DNA from: an uncultured Alphaproteobacteria bacterium
GTDB lineage: Bacteria; Pseudomonadota; Alphaproteobacteria; CAAHEQ01; UBA3637
Direction: 5' to 3'
Length of the DNA: 64,000 nt
Assembly: GCA_934234055.1 (NCBI GenBank)
Contig: CAKQGY010000002.1
Coordinates: forward strand, 74,427 to 138,426
Shown here piece after piece: positions 56,194-64,000 of the stretch. A program made the translations under genes and the position numbers. Below the pieces are notes generated by a model. It saw nothing but the letters and a program-made list of their open reading frames with translations, did not search any database and was not told the DNA's origin. Each line of letters opens with the position of its first letter. Positions within the stretch are counted from its first letter, which is position 1.

Positions 56194-56835
56194 ATGCAAA
56201 CAAAAACAAAATTTTATAGCAACGGAAAGGTTAGCGAGGTTTATACCGTTGATGATAAGGGGCAGAAGAATGGGGAATTTCAATCCTATTATGATGATGG
56301 GCAATTGAATGAGAAATGGACGTATAAGGATGGTAAGAAAGATGGTCCTTATGAATTGTATTATAGCAATGGGCACTTGAGAAAAAAGTGCACGTTTAAG
56401 GATGATCAGCTAGATGGGCCGTATGAACTATATTATGGTTATGGTAACAGGCAGTTAGATACAAAGTGCACGTTTAAGGATGGTGAGTATGATGGTCTGT
56501 ATGAAGAGTATTATGTGAATGGACAGTTGAAGAAAAAGTGCACGTTTAAGGATGGTAAGGAAGATGGCCTGTCTGAAGCATATTATAATAACGGACAGTT
56601 GAAGGAAAGGTGCACGTATAAGGACGGTAAGTTAGATGGGGCGTATGAGAGGTATGAAGAAAATGGAGAACTTGTCAAAAAAGGAGCTTATGTCAATGGG
56701 AAGTTTGTGCAGGAAAAGAAAGGGCTGTTCGGGTTGAAAGCTAAATTGGCGGCGGCACAGACAAAGACGGAGCCGGCGAAACAATCTTTGATTGGCAAGT
56801 GCTTCAAGATGTTCCGGGGAAATAGCGGGCGGTAA
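56194..56835 (+). CDS. MORN-variant (MORN_2) repeat protein, YwqK-like; paralog of the 27514 gene
   Basis: 213 aa with 7-8 tandem 23-24-aa units (KCTFKDGxxDGxYEEYYxNGQLKKK). The DNA shows a periodicity of about 72 bp. Confidence 0.7.
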   Translation: MQTKTKFYSNGKVSEVYTVDDKGQKNGEFQSYYDDGQLNEKWTYKDGKKDGPYELYYSNGHLRKKCTFKDDQLDGPYELYYGYGNRQLDTKCTFKDGEYDGLYEEYYVNGQLKKKCTFKDGKEDGLSEAYYNNGQLKERCTYKDGKLDGAYERYEENGELVKKGAYVNGKFVQEKKGLFGLKAKLAAAQTKTEPAKQSLIGKCFKMFRGNSGR

Positions 56836-56860
56836 AGATCCCAAAAGTTAGGAAGAAAGG

Positions 56861-56892
56861 CACCCCCGGCCGATTGGTCGGGGTGTTTTTTA
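56861..56892 (+). terminator. Intrinsic terminator
   Basis: CACCCCG-GCCGATTGGT-CGGGGTG followed by TTTTTT. Confidence 0.6.
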
Positions 56893-57022
56893 TAAGCGGA
56901 TAACAACGGAAAGGGTAATCAGCAGGGAGGTCCTGGCGGTGTAAAAATGGTGGGAAAAACAATAAAACTTGACAAAAGAGAAGAAATCGTGTATAATGGG
57001 TTTTATATGGAGGAGCACTGCT

Positions 57023-57397
57023 ATGGCTAGAAAACAACAAGAAACAATTACAAAGATCCAAACGGATTGGGCAAACAATGATGTGATTCAAGTCCCGACA
57101 AAAACACACTCGTTGGGGGCGCTATCCAAAACCTTGGAGGAAGTGGCGGCGCTGAAAGGCGTGGATAAAATGCTGTTGGACTTTCCGCTGATCAATACGC
57201 GCGTTCTGTTCTCGGCGGAAGAATGTGCCAAAACCGACCTGGTGCGCAAAATCCTGTTCCTGAACGCGACTTTGGGTGCCATGCACAGTCAGATGATTGT
57301 CGCCAAAAAAAATGCCAAGGTGGATGATCAAACTGCCGTGCCGTTGCAAGATGTCTTGAACGCAATGCGGGACAAAGGAATCTTGTTCAATGACTGA
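57023..57397 (+). CDS. Hypothetical protein (124 aa)
   Basis: GGAGGA SD precedes the MARKQQ start. No family recognisable. Confidence 0.45.
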   Translation: MARKQQETITKIQTDWANNDVIQVPTKTHSLGALSKTLEEVAALKGVDKMLLDFPLINTRVLFSAEECAKTDLVRKILFLNATLGAMHSQMIVAKKNAKVDDQTAVPLQDVLNAMRDKGILFND

Positions 57398-57412
57398 TAA
57401 AAATAAAAGCCC

Positions 57413-57441
57413 TTGACTTTTCGGGGGCTTTTTGCTATACT
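57413..57441 (+). promoter_or_regulatory. Sigma70 promoter TTGACT-17-TATACT for rnpB
   Basis: The -35 lies within the loop of the hairpin terminating the upstream gene. The TSS is predicted near 57448. Confidence 0.5.
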
Positions 57442-57447
57442 AATGCA

Positions 57448-57817
57448 GTCAGATAATCGGATAATCGCTGGCATATTAAAGGGTCAGAGGAAAGTCCGGG
57501 CTTCACAGAAACGCGATACCGGATAACGTCCGGGCGGGGCGACCCGACGGAAAGCGTCACAGAAAACAAACCACCGCAGCATGCTGCGGAACGGATGAAA
57601 AGGCGGGGTAAAAGCCCACCGCGCCGGTGGTAACACAGGTGGCAGGACAAACCCTATCGGAAGCAAGACTAAATAACAGAACACACGCGGAACTTCCGCT
57701 GTTAAAATGAGCGTTTCTGCTCTGGTTCAAGCAGGTAAGTCGCTAGAAGCAAGTAGTAATACTTGCCCCAGATGAATGATTATCAATTACAAAACCCGGC
57801 TTATAGATTATCTGACT
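57448..57817 (+). ncRNA. rnpB: RNase P RNA, bacterial type A
   Basis: Contains AGAGGAAAGTCCGGGCT (P4 5' strand) and ACAAAACCCGGCTTATAG (P4 3' strand). The 3' portion is near-identical to E. coli (CCAGATGAATGA..ACAAAACCCGGCTTAT). The P1 stem pairs GCAGTCAGATAATC with GATTATCTGACT and is followed by a U-run. Confidence 0.9.
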
Positions 57818-57948
57818 TTTTTTTACATCTGATTGTATTCTTTTGATTTTTTTTTACAAATAAAGGTTGACTTCCGGGCAAAATGACACAATATGCCATA
57901 TGTCGGGAGATGGATTGGGGAAGCTGTCCCTGACAGAGAAAGACGGCA

Positions 57949-57984
57949 AAGCGGAAGGAGTGAGTCCTTCCGCTTTGTTTTTTT
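57949..57984 (+). terminator. Intrinsic terminator (perfect 11-bp stem AAGCGGAAGGA/TCCTTCCGCTT plus TGTTTTTTT)
   Basis: It sits just 3' of the minus-strand valS stop. It closes a short + strand unit containing a degenerate repeat copy. Confidence 0.6.
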
Positions 57985-57991
57985 CGGAATT

Positions 57992-60640
57992 TTAATGCTG
58001 TTGCGTCGATAAATCGCGCAGACGCTCTTGGGTAGAAGTCAGCAATTTCTGATAGTCCAAACGCTTTTGACGCTCGGCCTCCACTTTTTCCCGAGGCGCA
58101 CGCGTGATGAACTGCTGATTGGCCAGCTGGCGATCCACACGTTCAATCATAGCCGTGTATTTTTCCTGTTCGGCGGTCAGACGCTCTATTTCGGCCGCAA
58201 CGTCCACTAAATCCTCAAACGGAATATACACCTGCGCCGCCAACGATTCAATGCAAATGGCGTTCAGCGGAATACCGTCCTTGGTCGGCTGAATCAACAC
58301 ATCTTTGGCAAAAGCCAACTTCTTTAAAATCGGGGTCGCCGTGCGGATAAAATCAGCCTTGGTCGTCGTGACGAAAATCAGGTTCGTCTTGCGGTTCGGT
58401 TGAATGTTCATATTCACGCGAACATTCCGAATACTGGTGATAAAGTATTTCAGAAGTTCAATATTCTCAAACTCGGCCGGATACTTGTCCGTGCCGGCAA
58501 CCGGCCACGGTGCCGCAATCAAAGGCGTTGTGTGGCCGTCGTCAATCTTGGAATACAGCTCTTCCGTCACAAACGGCAAGAAGGGATGCAACAACTTTAA
58601 CACCGCGACCAGGGCTGTGTAAAGGGTGTGTGCCGCCTCGATCCGCGTGGTGCAAGATTCTTCCATCAGGCGGGGCTTGACCATTTCAATGTATGTGCTG
58701 CAAAAATCGTTCCAGAAGAAATCATATAACTTTTGCAACGCCAGACCGAATTCAAATGTATCCAGTTCGGTCGTGACAGATTCAATCACCGCGTTTAATT
58801 TGGTGATAAACCATTTGTCTTCGGGTTGCAAACGATCAGCCTGATACCCGGCCAAATCAATCCCGTTTAAGGCACCCAACACGAACTTGGCCGAGTTCCA
58901 TAACTTGTTGATAAAGGCCTTGGCCGTCGTGAGCTTGTCAACAGAATACTTGATATCGGTTTCCAGAGAAAGCCCCTGCACCAACGAAAAACGCAGGGCA
59001 TCAGCACCATACTCGTCAATCGCGGTCAGCGGATCAATCCCGTTATTAAGGCTTTTGGACATTTTGCGCCCCTGGGCATCACGCACCAAGCCGTGCAAGA
59101 CAACCTTGCGGAAAGGCACTTTGCCCGTTTGTTTAAGCGCCGAGAAAATCATACGCGCCACCCAGAAGAAAATAATATCGTTGCCGGTAATCAGCGTGGA
59201 AGTCGGATAAAAATACTTGTAATCCGGGGTTTCTTGGGGCCAGCCCAATGTGGAAAACGGCCACAGAGCCGAACTGAACCAAGTATCCAGTGTATCCTCA
59301 TCCTGAGTCCAATGCGTGCCACCGCAAGAACAAGCGTGCGTCGGTGCGTGCTCGCCAACATAAACGGCATGGCATTTATCGCAATAATACGCCGGAATCC
59401 GGTGTCCCCACCACAATTGACGGGAAATACACCAATCCTGAATATTCTCCATCCAGTGGAAATAAACCTTTTCATATCGTTCGGGATACATGGTAATTTC
59501 TTTATTCCGAACAGCCTCAATCGCCGGTTTGGCCAGCGGTTCCATTTTGACAAACCATTGCTTGGACAACATCGGCTCAACCGTGTGGTGACAGCGATAA
59601 CACTTGCCAACCTTGTGCATATAGGGTTCAATCTTGGTTAAATTACCCAGTTCTTTTAATTCCTGAACTATCAGATCCCGCGCCTGCATCAACGGCATAC
59701 CCGCGTATTTATCCACCAGCGGCAACATATTCCCGTTTTCGTCAATCACGCGAATGATCTCCAAACCGAACTTTTTACCGGCGGCAAAATCGTTAAAGTC
59801 ATGAGCCGGAGTAATTTTAACCACGCCCGTGCCGAACTCCATCTCCACAAACGGATCAGCAATGACCGGAATTTCGCGATTGACAATGGGGACAACAACT
59901 GTTTTGCCGATCATATGAGCATACCGTTCGTCCGATGGATTGACGGCCACTGCCGTATCGCCCAACATCGTCTCGGGGCGGGTGGTGGCCACTTCAACCG
60001 AATATGATTTGTCCGGCGCATCATAGCGAATATACCACAGTGATCCGGGTTCTTCTTCGTATTCCACCTCGGCATCGGAAATAGAAGTCTGGCAACACGG
60101 GCACCAGTTCACCAAGCGCTCACCACGGTAAATCAAACCCTCGTTATACATATCAATAAAGACCTTTTGCACCGCATGGCTGAGGCCGTCGTCCAGCGTA
60201 AACCGCTCGCGCGACCAATCACAAGAGGCTCCCAGCTTTTTTAACTGCTTGACAATGGTGCCACCGTATTCCCTTTTCCAATTCCAGGCGTGCTCTAAAA
60301 AGCCCTGACGCCCCAGGGAAGTTTTGGACAGTCCTTGCTTTTTAATGTGTTCAACCACTTTGGCCTCGGTTGCAATACTGGCGTGGTCAGTGCCGGGCAA
60401 CCACAGGGCACTGAAACCCTGCATACGCTTCATACGAATGACGATGTCTTGGAGGGTCATCACCAACGCGTGGCCGATGTGCAATTTACCCGTAATGTTC
60501 GGGGGCGGAATCATAATGGTATAGGGTTTTTTATTCGGATCCCGATCGGCATGGAAATAGTTGCCCTGCTCCCAAAACCGATACCATTTATCCTCGGCCT
60601 GTTGCGGATTAAAATATTTATCTAGTTCAACACTGTTCAT
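57992..60640 (-). CDS. valS: Valine--tRNA ligase
   Basis: 882 aa with HIGH (PNITGKLHIGHA) and KMSKS motifs and a C-terminal coiled coil. Confidence 0.95.
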   Translation of the reverse strand: MNSVELDKYFNPQQAEDKWYRFWEQGNYFHADRDPNKKPYTIMIPPPNITGKLHIGHALVMTLQDIVIRMKRMQGFSALWLPGTDHASIATEAKVVEHIKKQGLSKTSLGRQGFLEHAWNWKREYGGTIVKQLKKLGASCDWSRERFTLDDGLSHAVQKVFIDMYNEGLIYRGERLVNWCPCCQTSISDAEVEYEEEPGSLWYIRYDAPDKSYSVEVATTRPETMLGDTAVAVNPSDERYAHMIGKTVVVPIVNREIPVIADPFVEMEFGTGVVKITPAHDFNDFAAGKKFGLEIIRVIDENGNMLPLVDKYAGMPLMQARDLIVQELKELGNLTKIEPYMHKVGKCYRCHHTVEPMLSKQWFVKMEPLAKPAIEAVRNKEITMYPERYEKVYFHWMENIQDWCISRQLWWGHRIPAYYCDKCHAVYVGEHAPTHACSCGGTHWTQDEDTLDTWFSSALWPFSTLGWPQETPDYKYFYPTSTLITGNDIIFFWVARMIFSALKQTGKVPFRKVVLHGLVRDAQGRKMSKSLNNGIDPLTAIDEYGADALRFSLVQGLSLETDIKYSVDKLTTAKAFINKLWNSAKFVLGALNGIDLAGYQADRLQPEDKWFITKLNAVIESVTTELDTFEFGLALQKLYDFFWNDFCSTYIEMVKPRLMEESCTTRIEAAHTLYTALVAVLKLLHPFLPFVTEELYSKIDDGHTTPLIAAPWPVAGTDKYPAEFENIELLKYFITSIRNVRVNMNIQPNRKTNLIFVTTTKADFIRTATPILKKLAFAKDVLIQPTKDGIPLNAICIESLAAQVYIPFEDLVDVAAEIERLTAEQEKYTAMIERVDRQLANQQFITRAPREKVEAERQKRLDYQKLLTSTQERLRDLSTQQH

Positions 60641-60712
60641 AAAACCTCCAAAACAATAATGGAAAGGAGTATACCCGTTCAGGCCGAAAAAGTCAATGTT
60701 TTTTTTATGTTT

Positions 60713-62044
60713 TTACACACGCCGCTTGACAAAATAATCGGCAACCAGATTCGGATGGCACTGACGCCCGCAAAAACGCACACCCTCTAAACACTTGCCC
60801 CGATAGCACGGCGGCGCCAGGCGGTCGGCCAATGCGGGATAGCGCTCTTTCAATGATGAACGCAGTTGACGCGCCAAGTCGGATATCTCCTCTTGCGCAC
60901 ACCAGCAAAGGCGTTTGCCCTGCTCGTGAATCAGGGCGTTCAGGTTCGCGCTTTTTTGATACATCACCATCGCACCATAAGGCGCAATCGTTGTGGTTAA
61001 AGCCGGCGACAATTCACGGGATAAATTGATGTAATCCTGCATATAGTCCTTGGCCGTTTGGGTCAGACCCGCTTCACCAAGCAAGGGCGGAACATAAAAT
61101 GAGCCCACAAAAATCGGAGGGGTTCGACTGATACTCCGGTGGCGTTGATCCTGTCCCAATGTTGCGCAAGAAACAGAAACTTCGGTTTTAATACGGGTGG
61201 TATTATTCGCCATAGAAAATGGCGAAAACGGCAAAATATCAACCGAATCCATGGCGGACGGTTCGACCTGCGAATTCAGATCTATGTCTTGGACGATGCT
61301 CATCGGCATGGTATGAATGCGGGCTTCGGTAAAGTGCATCTTGGGTGTCCAATCTCGATTTTGTCGCTTGGTCGAATCAAACATATACGCCAAATCCGGC
61401 TGCACAGCCAGCACAGCATCGCGCATCTGATCCGTGATTTCACGCATTTCGGGCGACCAGGCCACCCGCCACAAGGCCGCCAGGGCCGAAGTATTGATCG
61501 TCATATCCAACGCAGTGGGTGTGGCCTGAGAAATAAACATACGCAGTTGTTCTTGGGCGAACTTGGGCGCATTTTGTTCAATATACTTATCAGTGGCCAA
61601 AGGGCGATCCTCGCGAATGACACGGGCAGCCAGCTCGGTCAGGCGGGCAATATTGTCCTGATAAATACGCGTGCCTTTTTCAATAAATGCAACAGCTTTG
61701 TCCGTGGGCTCGGCAGGGTAAAAATGCCTTAAATACGCGGCAATTTCGTCAAAATCCGGATTGCTATACATCTTGGAAAAACGGCCGGAGCGCTGATCCG
61801 AATTATAATACGGCGTGTTCATATGCAGGCCGAACACAACCGAAGAAACCGAAAGTCCCTCTAGCGCAAAAGTGAAATAATTATGCTCAATCGTCGTATG
61901 ATGACCCGTTGCAAACAGGCGAGATTTAACGTCAATCAGATTGCCCAGTTCCGGCATCGTTGAAGTATAACAGACTTTGGCTGCATGCGAAGACAAAGTG
62001 TTTACAGGTTGATCGGTGGTGGCAATCAGTTTGACTTGAATCAT
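60713..62044 (-). CDS. thyX: FAD-dependent thymidylate synthase ThyX, long tandem-domain form
   Basis: 443 aa. The C-terminal half carries the RHRxxxxxxS signature (QDQRHRSISRT). The N-terminal half is a degenerate ThyX-like domain (GHHTTIEHNYFTF.. with no RHR). Confidence 0.75.
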   Translation of the reverse strand: MIQVKLIATTDQPVNTLSSHAAKVCYTSTMPELGNLIDVKSRLFATGHHTTIEHNYFTFALEGLSVSSVVFGLHMNTPYYNSDQRSGRFSKMYSNPDFDEIAAYLRHFYPAEPTDKAVAFIEKGTRIYQDNIARLTELAARVIREDRPLATDKYIEQNAPKFAQEQLRMFISQATPTALDMTINTSALAALWRVAWSPEMREITDQMRDAVLAVQPDLAYMFDSTKRQNRDWTPKMHFTEARIHTMPMSIVQDIDLNSQVEPSAMDSVDILPFSPFSMANNTTRIKTEVSVSCATLGQDQRHRSISRTPPIFVGSFYVPPLLGEAGLTQTAKDYMQDYINLSRELSPALTTTIAPYGAMVMYQKSANLNALIHEQGKRLCWCAQEEISDLARQLRSSLKERYPALADRLAPPCYRGKCLEGVRFCGRQCHPNLVADYFVKRRV

Positions 62045-62103
62045 AAAATACTCCTTAAAAATAATGAAGACATTATATCACGGCGTTCAGAACGAGTCAA
62101 GAG

Positions 62104-62772
62104 CTAAAACAGGGCGAAAAGCAGACGGGTTTGATCGCATAAAATTCCGAAATACATCGGCCAGCCCGCAAAACCATAGCACGCATACGCGAATAAAAGA
62201 CCGTATATTAAAAGGTTGGCTCCCGGTAAAAAAAGTAGTGTGAACAGAAAACCGGCGGCTTGGAAATCAGGTTGGCCGATGTGAATTTCATCCAAAGTGG
62301 AAATCAGGTGAAAGCCGGTCATAGCTCCGAAAATCAGCCAATAAACCGCGGGTGGAGCCTGATCCATTGCTGCGTAAAAAACACCGGCCAATATCACTAA
62401 AAACGCCGATGTCGGAAAAAAATACGGGGCAATGGAAATCAGCCAATTCCCCCTGCCCCAATACGAAAAATTACCCCCAATGCCGCGTTGAATGGTAATG
62501 CTTTGCGGTTTATGCGCCGTTAAAAGGGCAAATATCATATGTGTGGATTCGTGCTCTAAAATAGACAAAAAAGAGCCCCCTATGCCCGGAATGAGCAACC
62601 AAAGCAGAATCATCGCCACCATCGGCAGGCATACCCATCCCAAAACCGAAAGCGTGAGGCCGTCGCTTAAAATGATCAGGTCTGTCTTTATGGCCGGCAA
62701 AATCAGCGCTATCATCAAAAGGGCAACAGGCCACTTGATCACCGCCAAAAGAAAATTAAAAATTTGTTGCAC
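62104..62772 (-). CDS. Polytopic membrane protein with HExxH motif (putative M50-like / DUF3267 zinc metallopeptidase)
   Basis: 222 aa with 5-6 TM helices. HESTH is embedded at a TM boundary. Confidence 0.5.
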   Translation of the reverse strand: MQQIFNFLLAVIKWPVALLMIALILPAIKTDLIILSDGLTLSVLGWVCLPMVAMILLWLLIPGIGGSFLSILEHESTHMIFALLTAHKPQSITIQRGIGGNFSYWGRGNWLISIAPYFFPTSAFLVILAGVFYAAMDQAPPAVYWLIFGAMTGFHLISTLDEIHIGQPDFQAAGFLFTLLFLPGANLLIYGLLFAYACYGFAGWPMYFGILCDQTRLLFALF

Positions 62773-62861
62773 TTTTTATCCCGTTTCATCAAAAAAAGGT
62801 TTTCATTTCATTCATCTTCTGCTACACTAGCGCAAAATAAATAAAAATGAAAGGATTTTTT

Positions 62862-64000
62862 ATGGGTGATGTGATTATTTTGGTGCTGATGCTAATTCTA
62901 CTGGGACTGGTTTTGGTGATGTTGGTGCGGATATGCCTGTTGGAACGCAAGACAGGTATGGCCGACGACCTGGAACGCTTGGAGCGCATGATGCACGCTG
63001 ATACGAAAGACTTGCGGCAGGAACTGGGGCAATCGCTGTTGCAATTCAACGATTCTATCCGGCGGACGGTGGAGGATCGTTTGGATCGGTTGCGCGCGGA
63101 GAATGCCGAAAAGTTGGAGCAAATGCGGGCAACCGTTGATGAAAAGTTGCACTCCACTTTGGAAAAACGGCTGGGAGAATCGTTTGCTTTGGTTTCAGAA
63201 CGGCTGGAAAAAGTGCACCAGGGCTTGGGCGAAATGCAAACACTGGCCAATGATGTGGGCGGCCTGAAGCGCGTGCTGACGAATGTCAAAACGCGAGGAA
63301 CATGGGGCGAAGTGCAGTTAGGAGCTCTGTTAGAACAAATGCTGGCTCCGGATCAATTCGTTAAAAATGCTCATATTGATGGCGCGCCCGAAGTAGTGGA
63401 ATATGCTGTCAAACTGCCGGATGGTGATGTGCTGATCCCGATTGACTCCAAGTTTCCGATTGAGGATTATGATCGCCTGATCCAAGCCGGTGAACAAGGC
63501 AATCCGGCGGCTGTGGAATCGGCGGCGGAAGCTTTGGAAAAGCGAATCAAATTGGAAGCCAAACGAATCGCGGATAAGTATGTCCTGCCCCCGAAAACAA
63601 CGGATTTCGGGATTATGTTCCTGCCGACAGAGGGGCTGTATGCCGAAGTGATGCGACGCACGGGACTGGCGGCCGAAATGCAAAACAAACACCGGATCTG
63701 TATCGCGGGGCCCAGCACTTTGGGGGCTTTTTTAAACTCGCTGCAAATGGGATTCAAAACGTTGGCCATTCAAAAACGTTCGGGCGAAGTGTGGCAGGTC
63801 TTGAACGAAGCAAAAACAGAGTTTGAAAAATATGCGGCTTGGGTGGAAAAAGTCAAGAAAAACATTGAGCAAGCCCACAAAGTTCTGGATGAAGCCGAAA
63901 CCAGGACACGGGCTGTCAACAGGAGATTACGCTCGGTTGAAAGCAATATCGTGGCCGAAAAAACGCCGCTGGATCATGTCCAAACGGCGCTGTTGGATCA
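62862..64000 (+). CDS. rmuC: DNA recombination protein RmuC (3' end outside window)
   Basis: N-terminal TM, a long coiled coil, and the conserved RmuC nuclease-like region (TRGTWGEVQL...IMFLPTEGLY). The ORF runs off the window end and is absent from the ORF track. Confidence 0.8.
   Translation, partial: MGDVIILVLMLILLGLVLVMLVRICLLERKTGMADDLERLERMMHADTKDLRQELGQSLLQFNDSIRRTVEDRLDRLRAENAEKLEQMRATVDEKLHSTLEKRLGESFALVSERLEKVHQGLGEMQTLANDVGGLKRVLTNVKTRGTWGEVQLGALLEQMLAPDQFVKNAHIDGAPEVVEYAVKLPDGDVLIPIDSKFPIEDYDRLIQAGEQGNPAAVESAAEALEKRIKLEAKRIADKYVLPPKTTDFGIMFLPTEGLYAEVMRRTGLAAEMQNKHRICIAGPSTLGAFLNSLQMGFKTLAIQKRSGEVWQVLNEAKTEFEKYAAWVEKVKKNIEQAHKVLDEAETRTRAVNRRLRSVESNIVAEKTPLDHVQTALLD

Noticed and set aside
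57435-57684. Two minus-strand ORFs (71 and 66 aa) across 57435-57684
   Set aside because: They lie within the RNase P RNA gene.
1179-57950. Considered whether the interspersed repeats form a CRISPR array
   Set aside because: Copies are dispersed over 56 kb in different intergenic regions and are not regularly spaced with unique spacers. No cas genes are present.
1-64000. Looked for transposases, integrases, phage structural genes, restriction-modification or other recognisable defence cassettes
   Set aside because: None was recognised. The accessory content is orphan small genes plus the repeat family rather than an IS, prophage or classic defence island.

Overview
This 64 kb window is a chromosomal segment of a Gram-negative, proteobacterium-like organism. 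The exact lineage cannot be fixed from sequence alone; TrmFO, a HemX/HemY pair, a Bat aerotolerance operon, ThyX and a type-A RNase P RNA are all present. A housekeeping backbone of roughly 50-55% GC carries rng (partial), yacG, tRNA-Phe, pyrG, pyk, a sufB-sufC-sufD-sufS-sufT operon, rpmB, batA/batBC/batD, an msbA-like ABC exporter, rplY, pth, mfd, trkA, dus, trmFO, aspS, ssb, pepN, a murD-like ligase, hemX/hemY, msrAB, ychF, an SPFH/NfeD pair, rnpB, valS, a long thyX and rmuC (partial). Many genes overlap at their ends (ATGA/TAATG junctions). Between these sit several short AT-rich accessory islets, at 13.7-15.1 kb, 25.8-29.3 kb, 38.7-40.8 kb, 51.0-51.9 kb and 55.9-57.0 kb. Their genes mostly have near-consensus sigma70 promoters and strong Shine-Dalgarno sites. 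The islets are bracketed by a family of about 45 bp palindromic interspersed repeats (at least 9 copies, two subtypes). The most notable accessory gene is a 587-aa cysteine-rich tandem-repeat protein with a type IV pilin-like N-terminus. A strong RBS plus ATG lies just upstream of it, one nucleotide out of frame through a C12 homopolymer, which suggests a phase-variation switch. Other items are a MazG-like pyrophosphohydrolase and a NadR-type P-loop kinase inserted inside the suf operon, two MORN-variant (YwqK-like) repeat proteins, a candidate sRNA, a pyrG leader attenuator and a possible MurL/MurD2-type pair.
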